Source of the DNA: an uncultured Isosphaeraceae bacterium
Lineage (GTDB): Bacteria > Planctomycetota > Phycisphaerae > Phycisphaerales > SM1A02
DNA: 64,000 nt
Reading direction: 5' to 3'
NCBI GenBank assembly: GCA_964638815.1
Contig: CAZXBB010000319.1
Coordinates: forward strand, 8,164 to 72,163
Under the pieces are notes generated by a model. That model saw only the letters and a program-made list of their open reading frames with translations, was not told where the DNA came from and did not search any database. The first letter of the stretch is position 1. Each line of letters begins with the position of its first letter. Shown here piece by piece: positions 45,647 through 53,454 of the stretch. The translations under genes and the position numbers were made by a program.

Positions 45647-45680
45647 GGAGTCCTGGTCCCGGGACGAGGGCAACCCGCGC

Positions 45681-46115
45681 ATGATCGACGGCGTCACCAA
45701 TGGCGATGCGATTCCCGTACTGGAGCGGCTGTTCCAGTTCGCGGGCGGGCGGCACCGCCTCATCGCCAACAACATCGCGAACCTCGATACGCCGGACTTC
45801 CGGCCGGTGGACGTCTCGGTGGAATCCTTCCAGGCCGAGCTCGGCCGGGCGGTGGACGAGCGTCGGGAGCGGCATGGCAATTCCGGCGGCGATCTCTACC
45901 TCGAGGCGTCGCGGCAGGTGGAGCTCGAGGCCGATCGCATGATCCTCCACCCGGAGCCCCTCGGCGACAACATCCTCTTTCACGACCGCAACGATCGGGA
46001 TCCGGAGCGGCTCATGCAGTCTCTCGTCGAGAACTTCATGAGCTTTCGGACGGCGGCCGATCTGCTTCGCAACCGGTTCCAGCTCATCAACACGGCCATT
46101 CGCGAGCGACTCTGA
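45681..46115 (+). CDS. flgB: flagellar basal-body rod protein FlgB
   Basis: The internal ATG of track ORF 45510..46115 gives MIDGVTNGDAIPVLERLFQFAGGRHRLIANNIANLDTPDFRP.... Confidence 0.85.
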   Translation: MIDGVTNGDAIPVLERLFQFAGGRHRLIANNIANLDTPDFRPVDVSVESFQAELGRAVDERRERHGNSGGDLYLEASRQVELEADRMILHPEPLGDNILFHDRNDRDPERLMQSLVENFMSFRTAADLLRNRFQLINTAIRERL

Positions 46116-46146
46116 TCCGCGTTCCGTTCCGGAGTAGTCACCACGC

Positions 46147-46551
46147 ATGTACGGCGCCCTCGACATTTCGACCTCCGGACTCATCGCCCAGCGGACGCGG
46201 CTCACCGTGGCCTCCGCCAACCTGATGAACGCCCGCACGCTGCTGAACGCCGACGGCGCGTACGAACCGTACCGGCGTCGCTCGGTTCTGCTCGGCGTCG
46301 GCGACCCGGAGCGGAGCGAGCCCCTGGGCGTCCACGTCGAGGCGATCGAGATCGACGACGGACCGCTGCGCAAGGAGTACGAGCCGGAGTCGCCGTATGC
46401 CGATGAGGCAGGGTACGTGGAGTACCCGAACATCAGCTCCGTGGTCGAGCAGATGAACTCGATGCAGGCGTTGCGCTCCTACGAGGCGAACATCGCCACC
46501 GTCGAGGCGACCAAGTCGATGATGAGCGTGGCCCTCCAGATGCTGGGATGA
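46147..46551 (+). CDS. flgC: flagellar basal-body rod protein FlgC
   Basis: MYGALDISTSGLIAQRTRLTVASANLMNA...YVEYPNISSVVEQMNSMQALRSYEANI. Confidence 0.93.
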   Translation: MYGALDISTSGLIAQRTRLTVASANLMNARTLLNADGAYEPYRRRSVLLGVGDPERSEPLGVHVEAIEIDDGPLRKEYEPESPYADEAGYVEYPNISSVVEQMNSMQALRSYEANIATVEATKSMMSVALQMLG

Positions 46552-46556
46552 GGATG

Positions 46557-46590
46557 AAGCGACGAAGCGACAGAGCGAAGAAGCGACGAA
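46557..46590. repeat. 8-bp tandem repeat (gaagcgac x~4) after flgC, with an inverted partner at 46639-46653
   Basis: gaagcgac gaagcgac agagcgaa gaagcgac. ttcgcttcgtcgctt (46639-46653) is complementary to 14 nt of the array. Confidence 0.85.
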
Positions 46591-46675
46591 CGGGTAGCGC
46601 GGCGGGAGGCCACGGCCGCGCATGCCCTCCGCCGCCCCTTCGCTTCGTCGCTTGGTCGATCGCGGAGTGGAAGAC

Positions 46676-46990
46676 ATGAGCGACCCCCTCGGATTGATCG
46701 GGACTTCCGGAATCGCGCCGCTCCCGGGCGCGGGGGCGTCGGCCGGTCCGGGCCGCGCCGCCGTGGACGGCCCCGGCTTCCGCAAGGTGCTCGAGGAGCA
46801 GATTGCGCGGGTCAACGAGCTTCAGCAGGACGCCAAGGAGGCGGCGGAGGAGTTCGGCGCCGGCCGGCGTGACGATGTGGAGGGCGTGATCCTCGCGACG
46901 CAGAAGGCCGACGTGGCCTTCCACATGCTGCTCCAGATCCGGAACAAGATGATGAACGCGTACGAGGAGGTCAAGCAGATACGGGTTTGA
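46676..46990 (+). CDS. fliE: flagellar hook-basal body complex protein FliE
   Basis: The internal ATG follows ggagtgg. ...FRKVLEEQIARVNELQQDAKEAAEEF...ATQKADVAFHMLLQIRNKMMNAYEEV. Confidence 0.85.
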   Translation: MSDPLGLIGTSGIAPLPGAGASAGPGRAAVDGPGFRKVLEEQIARVNELQQDAKEAAEEFGAGRRDDVEGVILATQKADVAFHMLLQIRNKMMNAYEEVKQIRV

Positions 46991-47117
46991 TCCGATTTCG
47001 GGGGGACGGGGGGTTCGCGCGGTGCTTTCGCCAGGATGGCGCTCCGTCGCGCGACCGTGACTCGGTGAGCACGACGGGGCCGGCAGTGGACCGGCCGCGA
47101 GGCATGGAGGCCGTTCG

Positions 47118-48800
47118 ATGCTGGGTATGCGCAAGACGACTGAGAAGCTGGTGGGGCAGTTGCGCGGGTTCTCGGGAACCGCGAGGCTGCTCTTCGGCGC
47201 GCTCATGGTCATCCTCGTCATGGGCCTGGTCCTCGTGATGACGTTCGCGGGGCGCTCGGAGCTGACCGCGCTCGGAATCGGGGCCAACGTCAAGCCGGAG
47301 ATCCGGACGGCGGCGGTCCAGTACCTCGACTCGCGCGGGATCAAGTGGGCCGAGACCGGCACGGGCGACCTGCTCGTCCCGGCCGAGCAGAAGTACCAGG
47401 TGCTCGCCCAGCTCACCGAGAACAAGCTGATCACCACCGAGCAGATCGACTTCGGGAGCATCCTCCAGGATGACAGCCCGTTCACCGACCGCGCGACGCG
47501 TCAGAAGCGGTTCCTCATCGTGAAGATGAGCGAGGTCTCCCGCATGATCAGCGAGCTGAGCGGCATCGAGCACGCGAAGGTCGTGATCGATGAGCCCGAT
47601 CGCTCGGGCGGACTCGGGGCGGCGCGGATCGCGTCAACGGCCTCCGTCACGGTGCTCCCGACCGGCGACCAGCTCCTCCAGACGAAGGCGGACGCGATCG
47701 CCCGGCTGGTCGCGGGCGCCCACGCGGACCTCAAGGTCGAGAACGTCACGGTCGTCGATGCGCGGACCGGGCGGGCGATGATCGCGCGGAACGACGACGA
47801 CCTGCCCGCAACGCGCTACCTCGAGATGAAGCGGGCGCACGAGAAGCTCGCCAAGCAGACGATCGAGCGGGCGCTGTCGGTGTACCCGGGCGTCGTCGTG
47901 GCGGTGAACGCGCACGTCAACGCGACCGAGGAGGTCCTGGAGAGCACGACCTACAACGACCCGAAGAGCGGCCTCGCGGCGGAGTCGAACCGCGAGCAGA
48001 CCTCGACGACCGAGACCGGGAGCCGCGAGCCGGGCGTGCGACCGAACACGGGGCAGGATCTCGCAGGCCGCAACCGGTCGACCGTCATGAGCGACATCCG
48101 GGGCGACTCGAAGCTCGTGAACGCATTCGGCAACACGGAGAGCCATCGCCGCGACCCGAAGGGGTACGCGGTGCAGATCAACGCGACGGTCCTCGTGCCG
48201 CGCTCCTACGTCATGCGTCTGCTCCAGGGCGCCCCGGGGCCGGAGGAGGCCGAGCCGCCCGCTCCCGATCCCCAGGCGGTCGAGGCGAAGTCAGTGGAGG
48301 TCCGTGACGAGATCAAGCGGCTCGTCGAGCCGCTGATCGACACCGGGCCGCTGTCCGGCGCCGTGCCCGGGACGGTCGTCGTGAGCACCTTCGCCGACGC
48401 GATCGGAACGAGCCTCGGCGTGCCCGGCGGCGGCAGCGCGAGCGCCGGCGGGAGCGGTTTCGCCGGCGGCATGGTCAGCGAGGGCATCATCAAGACGGGC
48501 GGGCTCGGTGCGCTCGCGCTGGTGAGCCTGACGCTCATGTTCATGATGGTGCGCCGGGCGAGCCGCGAGGAGGAGCTTCCGTCCGCGGAGGAGCTCGTCG
48601 GCATCCCGCCCGCGCTCACCGGACCCGACTCCGACCTCGTGGGCGAGGCGGACGAGACGGTCGCGGCGATGGAGGGTCTCGAGATCGGCGAGGACGCGGT
48701 GCGCCGGCAGCAGATGATCGAACAGATCAACGACCTCGCGGCGAACGCTCCGGACGAAGCAGCCGCGCTCCTGCGCAAGTGGATCAAGATCGACGAGTAA
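47118..48800 (+). CDS. fliF: flagellar MS-ring protein FliF
   Basis: 560 aa with an N-terminal TM, a YscJ/FliF periplasmic region, a C-terminal TM and a FliG-binding tail. Confidence 0.9.
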   Translation: MLGMRKTTEKLVGQLRGFSGTARLLFGALMVILVMGLVLVMTFAGRSELTALGIGANVKPEIRTAAVQYLDSRGIKWAETGTGDLLVPAEQKYQVLAQLTENKLITTEQIDFGSILQDDSPFTDRATRQKRFLIVKMSEVSRMISELSGIEHAKVVIDEPDRSGGLGAARIASTASVTVLPTGDQLLQTKADAIARLVAGAHADLKVENVTVVDARTGRAMIARNDDDLPATRYLEMKRAHEKLAKQTIERALSVYPGVVVAVNAHVNATEEVLESTTYNDPKSGLAAESNREQTSTTETGSREPGVRPNTGQDLAGRNRSTVMSDIRGDSKLVNAFGNTESHRRDPKGYAVQINATVLVPRSYVMRLLQGAPGPEEAEPPAPDPQAVEAKSVEVRDEIKRLVEPLIDTGPLSGAVPGTVVVSTFADAIGTSLGVPGGGSASAGGSGFAGGMVSEGIIKTGGLGALALVSLTLMFMMVRRASREEELPSAEELVGIPPALTGPDSDLVGEADETVAAMEGLEIGEDAVRRQQMIEQINDLAANAPDEAAALLRKWIKIDE

Positions 48801-48809
48801 ACGACACCG

Positions 48810-49844
48810 ATGAGACCCGGACAGAAGCTCCCCAACAGTTCGGACGACCTCGACGGCGTCACCAAGGCCGCGATCCTGCTGCTCTCGCTCGAGCACCAGG
48901 CCGCCGGCACGATGCTGCGCGAGCTGAGCGCGGACCTCGTCGAAGAGGTCACGCGCGTCCTCGCGCAGCTCGGCGAGATCCCTTCGCAGCTCTCCGACGA
49001 AGTGGTCGAGGAGTTCTACGGGATGCGTCTGGCCAGCCTCAACGCGCGCGAGGGCGGGCTCGAGTTCGCGAAGATGCTCGTCCGCGAGTCGCTCGACCCG
49101 AAGCTGGCCGACAAGGTCATCGGGCAGATGCAGACGCAGGTGCAGAAGGCGCCGTTCTCGTTCCTCCAGCGCGCCGAGAGCGAGAACCTCCTGACGTTCA
49201 TCGTCGACGAGCACCCGCAGACGATCTCGCTCATCATCAGCCACCTGTCGCACCACAAGGCGTCGGAGATCCTGCTCGGTCTCCCGGAGCACAAGCAGGT
49301 CGAGGTCGTCCGGCGCGTCGCGAACATGGAACAGACGAACCCGGCCGTCATCCGCCAGGTCGAGCAGGGGCTCGAAGCGCGTCTCGCGAACATGCTGGTT
49401 CACTCGATGGAGAAGGTCGGCGGCGTCGAGACGGTGGCGGAGATCCTCAACCTGTGCGACCGCTCCACGGAGAAGACGATCCTCGAGGGCGTCGAGTCGG
49501 AGGACCCGGAGCTCGTCGAGCAGATCCGGCGACTGATGTTCGTCTTCGAGGACATCCTGCTCGTCAACGACAAGGGTATCCAGGCCGTTCTCAAGGAAGT
49601 CGACAACGACGAGCTGATCCTCGCCCTGAAGACCGCGAGCGAGGAGCTTCAGCAGAAGATCTTCGGCAACATGTCCGCCCGCGCGAGCGAGCTCATCAAG
49701 GAGGACATGGAGTACATGGGCCCCGTGCGTCTGAGCGACGTCGAAGCCGCCCAGCAGCGCATCGTCGACATCGTGCGTCGCCTCGAGGAGAGCGGCGAGA
49801 TCATCATCTCCGGACGCGGCGGCGAGAAGGACATGGTCGTATGA
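48810..49844 (+). CDS. fliG: flagellar motor switch protein FliG
   Basis: 344 aa: ...KAAILLLSLEHQAAGTMLRELS..., ...MFVFEDILLVNDKGIQAVLKEV..., ...MSARASELIKEDMEYMGPVRLSDVEAAQQRIV. Confidence 0.95.
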   Translation: MRPGQKLPNSSDDLDGVTKAAILLLSLEHQAAGTMLRELSADLVEEVTRVLAQLGEIPSQLSDEVVEEFYGMRLASLNAREGGLEFAKMLVRESLDPKLADKVIGQMQTQVQKAPFSFLQRAESENLLTFIVDEHPQTISLIISHLSHHKASEILLGLPEHKQVEVVRRVANMEQTNPAVIRQVEQGLEARLANMLVHSMEKVGGVETVAEILNLCDRSTEKTILEGVESEDPELVEQIRRLMFVFEDILLVNDKGIQAVLKEVDNDELILALKTASEELQQKIFGNMSARASELIKEDMEYMGPVRLSDVEAAQQRIVDIVRRLEESGEIIISGRGGEKDMVV

Positions 49845-50071
49845 AGAAGGTACGCCGGAGCGCCGGCACGAAGGCGCGAGAGGGCAGGGCTTCCGGCGCC
49901 GGCGCGTCCAACCGTGGTTCCGTCGCGCTCGCGGGCGTTCGCGCCGCGGGCGTTCGGGCCGCGGGCGTTCGCGCCGCGGACGTTCGCGTCTCGTCTCCAC
50001 GCGTCTTGCCCCCACGCGTCTTGCCCCCACGCGTCTCGACCCCACGCGTCTTGCCCCCCCCATGCCCCTGA
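49841..50071 (+). CDS. hypothetical 76-aa repeat micro-protein filling the fliG-fliH gap (speculative)
   Basis: ATG 49841 overlaps the fliG stop (ATGA), and TGA 50069-50071 overlaps the fliH ATG (50062). Sequence: MKKVRRSAGTKAREGRASGAGASNRGSVALAGVRAAGVRAAGVRAADVRVSSPRVLPPRVLPPRVSTPRVLPPPCP. The other frames are also open, so coding is unproven. Confidence 0.25.
   Translation: MKKVRRSAGTKAREGRASGAGASNRGSVALAGVRAAGVRAAGVRAADVRVSSPRVLPPRVLPPRVSTPRVLPPPCP
49931..49990. repeat. 15-bp tandem array A (gcgggcgttcgcgcc x4)
   Basis: Four head-to-tail units with 1-3 substitutions. Confidence 0.9.
49999..50058. repeat. 15-bp tandem array B (acgcgtcttgccccc x4), ending 3 nt before the fliH ATG
   Basis: Four head-to-tail units; the third is acgcgtctcgacccc. 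Confidence 0.9.
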
Positions 50072-50850
50072 TCAAGCCCAACCAGTCCCCGCCCCGTGCC
50101 GGCTCCGCAGCGCTCGCGCTCGACCTCTGCGACTTGCAGCAGCAGGCCGATCTCGTGGTCGCGAAGGCGCGGCGCGACGCCGCGGAGATCATCGCGGCGG
50201 CGCGGCAGGAGGCGGCGGCGATCGTGGCGGCGGCGGGCGAGCGAGGGTACCACGACGGAATGGAGCGCGGTCTGGTCGAAGGCCGCGAGGAGGGCGCCGC
50301 GGCGGCGCGGACCGAAGTCGGGGCCGCGCACGAGGAGCGGCTCAGCGAGATCGCCGCCGCATGGACGGCGACGCTCGAGCGGTGGGAGCAGCGCTTCGCG
50401 TCGATGCTGCTGGACGCGCGCGAGGACGTGCTGACCTTCGCGTTCGCGATGGCGCGCAAGATCGTCCTGCGGACGCCGGAGGTCGACCCCACCGTCGTCC
50501 GCGCCCAGCTCGCGGAGACGCTGTCGCTCCTGTGCCGACCGTCCGAAGTGACGATCGAGGTGCACCCGGACGATCGCCCTCTCGTTGACGAGTCACTGCC
50601 CGCGCTGCTCGAGTACATCGCGAAGTGCGAGCACGCCCACGTCCGCGAGAGCACCGCGATCACGCGCGGCGGATGCATCGTGCGCACGGCCCACGGGGCG
50701 ATCGACGCCACCCTCGAGAAGCAGATCGACCGCATCGCGGAAACGCTGCTGCCGGCGCGCCCGGACGCGGAGCCGCGGGCGGGCACGGACACGGGCACCG
50801 GCACGGACGCGAGCGCGAGCAGGAACGCCGGCGCGGAGCCGGCCCCGTGA
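50062..50850 (+). CDS. fliH: flagellar assembly protein FliH
   Basis: 262 aa with an Ala/Glu-rich coiled N-half and a FliH C-domain, ...VLTFAFAMARKIV...VTIEVHPDD...GGCIVRTAHGAIDATLEKQIDRI. It lies between fliG and fliI. Confidence 0.85.
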   Translation: MPLIKPNQSPPRAGSAALALDLCDLQQQADLVVAKARRDAAEIIAAARQEAAAIVAAAGERGYHDGMERGLVEGREEGAAAARTEVGAAHEERLSEIAAAWTATLERWEQRFASMLLDAREDVLTFAFAMARKIVLRTPEVDPTVVRAQLAETLSLLCRPSEVTIEVHPDDRPLVDESLPALLEYIAKCEHAHVRESTAITRGGCIVRTAHGAIDATLEKQIDRIAETLLPARPDAEPRAGTDTGTGTDASASRNAGAEPAP

Positions 50851-52241
50851 CCGTTCTCCACGCCCAGATCGACACGCTGCGTCGCCTCCAGAGCCGCGAG
50901 ATCGTCGGCTCCGTCGCAGCGGTGCGCGGGCTCAGCCTGCTCGTCGAGGATCTCCCCCTGCCAGTCGGCGCGCTCGTGCGTCTCGAGGAGGGCGCGTCGG
51001 ACGCGCGGATCCGCACGATCCGCGGCGAGGTGATCGGCTTCGACGGCGCGCACGGCATCGTGATGCTGTTCGACGACGGCGAAGGGATCCGGCGCGGAAC
51101 ACGCGTGATCGGCGAGCAGTCGGCGCAGACTGTGCAGGTCGGGCGGAGCCTGCTCGGGCGCATCGTGGACGGCCTGGGACGACCGATCGACGGCGGGCCG
51201 CGTCCCGCCGACACCGTCGCGCGTCCGCTGAATCCCGACCCGACGTGCCCGCTCGCGCGATGCCGGATCGACACGCCGCTGCCGACGGGCGTGCGCGTCA
51301 TCGACGCGATGCTGACGCTCGGCAAGGGGCAGCGCGTCGGCATCTTCTCCGGCCCGGGGATCGGGAAGTCGACGCTCCTGGCGACGATGGCCCGCAACAC
51401 GACGGCGGACGTCAACGTCATCGCGCTGGTGGGCGAGCGCGGGCGCGAAGTGCGCGACTTCATCGAGTCGACGCTCGGACCGGAAGGGCTCGCCCGCTCG
51501 GTGCTCGTCGTCGCGACGAGCGATGAATCGCCGCTGCTGCGGGTGCGGGCGGCGGCAGTGGCGTGCACCGTCGCCGAGCACTTCCGCACGCTCGGATGCG
51601 ACGTGATGCTCATCATGGACTCGATCACGCGTTTCGCGCAGGCGCAACGCCAGATCGGGCTCACCGTCGGCGAGCAGCCGGCCACGAAGGGGTACACGCC
51701 GTCCGTCTTCGCGATGCTGCCGAAGCTGCTCGAGCGGGCCGGCGCGATCGAGGGCGAGGGCTCGATCACCGGAATCTACGCGGTGCTCGTCGAGGGCGAC
51801 GATCTGACCGAGCCGATCTCCGACGCCGCGCGCGGTATCCTCGACGGTCACGTCACGCTCTCGCGTCGTCTCGCGGCGCGGGGACACTACCCGGCCGTGG
51901 ACATCCTCGACTCGATCTCGCGCGTCGCCGACGACGTGTGCGACGGGAACCACGTCCGCGCGCGGCGCCGGATCGTGCGTCTGGCGGCAGCGCACGCCGA
52001 GTCGGAGGAGCTGATCAACATCGGCGCCTACGCGCGGGGCTCCAACTCCGACTGCGACACGGCCATCGAGATGAGGGGCGCGATCGACGGGTTCATGACG
52101 CAGGGATCCGATGAGAACGCCCCGTACCCCGAGACCTGCCGGCGTCTCGTCGAGCTCGCCCTCAGCGCGGACGAGATCGCGAAGCGGCAGGGGGCGGCGT
52201 CGCGGACGGCGACCTCCGGCGGTGGGGCGAACGCGCGATGA
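50847..52241 (+). CDS. fliI: flagellum-specific ATPase FliI
   Basis: GTG 50847 overlaps the fliH stop (GTGA). Walker A GPGIGKST; ...VIALVGERGREVRDFIE...; Walker B ...VMLIMDSITRFA... Confidence 0.93.
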   Translation: MTVLHAQIDTLRRLQSREIVGSVAAVRGLSLLVEDLPLPVGALVRLEEGASDARIRTIRGEVIGFDGAHGIVMLFDDGEGIRRGTRVIGEQSAQTVQVGRSLLGRIVDGLGRPIDGGPRPADTVARPLNPDPTCPLARCRIDTPLPTGVRVIDAMLTLGKGQRVGIFSGPGIGKSTLLATMARNTTADVNVIALVGERGREVRDFIESTLGPEGLARSVLVVATSDESPLLRVRAAAVACTVAEHFRTLGCDVMLIMDSITRFAQAQRQIGLTVGEQPATKGYTPSVFAMLPKLLERAGAIEGEGSITGIYAVLVEGDDLTEPISDAARGILDGHVTLSRRLAARGHYPAVDILDSISRVADDVCDGNHVRARRRIVRLAAAHAESEELINIGAYARGSNSDCDTAIEMRGAIDGFMTQGSDENAPYPETCRRLVELALSADEIAKRQGAASRTATSGGGANAR

Positions 52242-52264
52242 CGCGCAGGTGACAGGATGCGATC

Positions 52265-52735
52265 GTGGCACGATTCCGATTCAGGCTCGAACCCCTCCTC
52301 ACCGTGCGACGCCGTCGCGAGCAGACCGCGCAGCGGAAGGTCGCCGAGCTGGAGCGGCTCCGCACGGGTCTGGAGGACGCGCTGCGTCGTCACCAGGAGC
52401 AGATCTCGACCGGCAAGTCGTCGCTCAGGGACCGACTCGTCGGAACCCTCGACGTGGCCGACCTCCGGTCGCACGCGGGCGCGACGATCGGGCACCTGCG
52501 CTCGGCGAACCGGATTCTGCTCGACCTCGCCGGCGTCCACCGGCGGCTTGAATCCGCCCGGTCGGAGCTCGTCGAGGCCTCGCGGCAGCGTCGGGCAGTC
52601 GAGCTCCTGCGTGACCGCCGCTACGAGGCATGGCGACACGCGATCGATCGTGCCGAAGATGCGGCCATCGACGAGCTGGCCACGACACGCCGACCAGTGA
52701 TCACTGACCAGCCCGGATCTGGGACCGAGCCATGA
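52265..52735 (+). CDS. fliJ: flagellar export protein FliJ
   Basis: GTG start. FRFRLEPLLTVRRRREQTAQRKVAELE... is an all-helical ~150-aa protein directly after fliI. Confidence 0.8.
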   Translation: MARFRFRLEPLLTVRRRREQTAQRKVAELERLRTGLEDALRRHQEQISTGKSSLRDRLVGTLDVADLRSHAGATIGHLRSANRILLDLAGVHRRLESARSELVEASRQRRAVELLRDRRYEAWRHAIDRAEDAAIDELATTRRPVITDQPGSGTEP

Positions 52736-53454
52736 AGAACCTCTGGAAGATCGTCAGCTTCATGTCCGTGGTGAACCTGCTCGCCTTCGTGCTCTTCGTC
52801 GGTTGGCTGTGGCGGACGGACCGGCTGAGCGTCGATCGTCTCGAGCGATTGCGCGACATGCTGGCGATCACGAACGCCGAGGAGGCGACGCGGACCGGGG
52901 CGGCCGCCGCGCAGGCGGCGCTCGATGCGGCCGCGGCGGAGGAGACCGCCGTCCGGAGCGATCCGCCCCTGCCGAGCGCAGCGCAGGTCGCGCGGACGGT
53001 TCGTCTCGACGACCGGACACGTCAGGCGGTCCGGCGACTCGACGACGAATCCAGCCAGCACCAGGCCGCGCTGGAGCTGCGCTCCCGGCAACTCGACGCG
53101 CAGGAAGAGGAGCTCCGCGCGCGTCAGGACGAGTGGGCGGCGAGCATCCGCGCCGACGCGGAGCGCAGGATCGACGAACAGTTCCTCAAGACAGTGCGTC
53201 TCTACGAGGCCCTGGCCGGCAAGCAGGCCAAACGCATGCTCCTCGAGCTGGTGGATCAGGACAACACGGAGCAGGCCGTCGCGTACATCGATGCGATGAG
53301 CCCGCGCGCCGCCGCCAGGACGCTGAAGGAGCTCAAGACGGATCCCGAGAACGCTTTGGCAACGGAATTGCTGGAGAGACTCCGGACGTTCGGCGGCGGT
53401 GCCGAACTCGCGGAGACTCCCGGCCATGCCAACGCCGCTTCGGATTCCGGCTGA
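52732..53454 (+). CDS. YlxF/MotE-like flagellar protein (N-terminal TM + coiled coil + MgtE_N-like region)
   Basis: ATGA overlap with fliJ. TM: IVSFMSVVNLLAFVLFVGWLW. C-terminal part: ...MLLELVDQDNTEQAVAYIDAMSPRAAARTLKEL. It occupies the same position (fliJ-X-fliK) as ylxF in Bacillus-type operons. Confidence 0.5.
   Translation: MKNLWKIVSFMSVVNLLAFVLFVGWLWRTDRLSVDRLERLRDMLAITNAEEATRTGAAAAQAALDAAAAEETAVRSDPPLPSAAQVARTVRLDDRTRQAVRRLDDESSQHQAALELRSRQLDAQEEELRARQDEWAASIRADAERRIDEQFLKTVRLYEALAGKQAKRMLLELVDQDNTEQAVAYIDAMSPRAAARTLKELKTDPENALATELLERLRTFGGGAELAETPGHANAASDSG

Noticed and set aside
46991-47117. A search for a second sigma-54 promoter upstream of fliF (tggcgctccgtcgcg).
   Set aside because: The GG-to-GC spacing is off by one relative to GG-N10-GC and there is no TTGC, so I do not call it.
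49914-50588. A 224-aa plus-strand ORF starting in the fliG-fliH repeat region (frame 0: ...SRAFAPRAFGPRAFAPRTFAS...).
   Set aside because: It runs out of frame through fliH with Arg/Gly/Ala artefact composition and lacks any coupling to neighbouring genes, unlike the 49841..50071 frame.
48291-52271. A 1326-aa ORF on the minus strand spanning fliF-fliG-fliH-fliI.
   Set aside because: It is antisense to four well-recognised flagellar genes. Its composition is Arg/Ala/Pro/Gly-dominated, as is typical of stop-free off-frames in very GC-rich DNA, and it has no recognisable motif.
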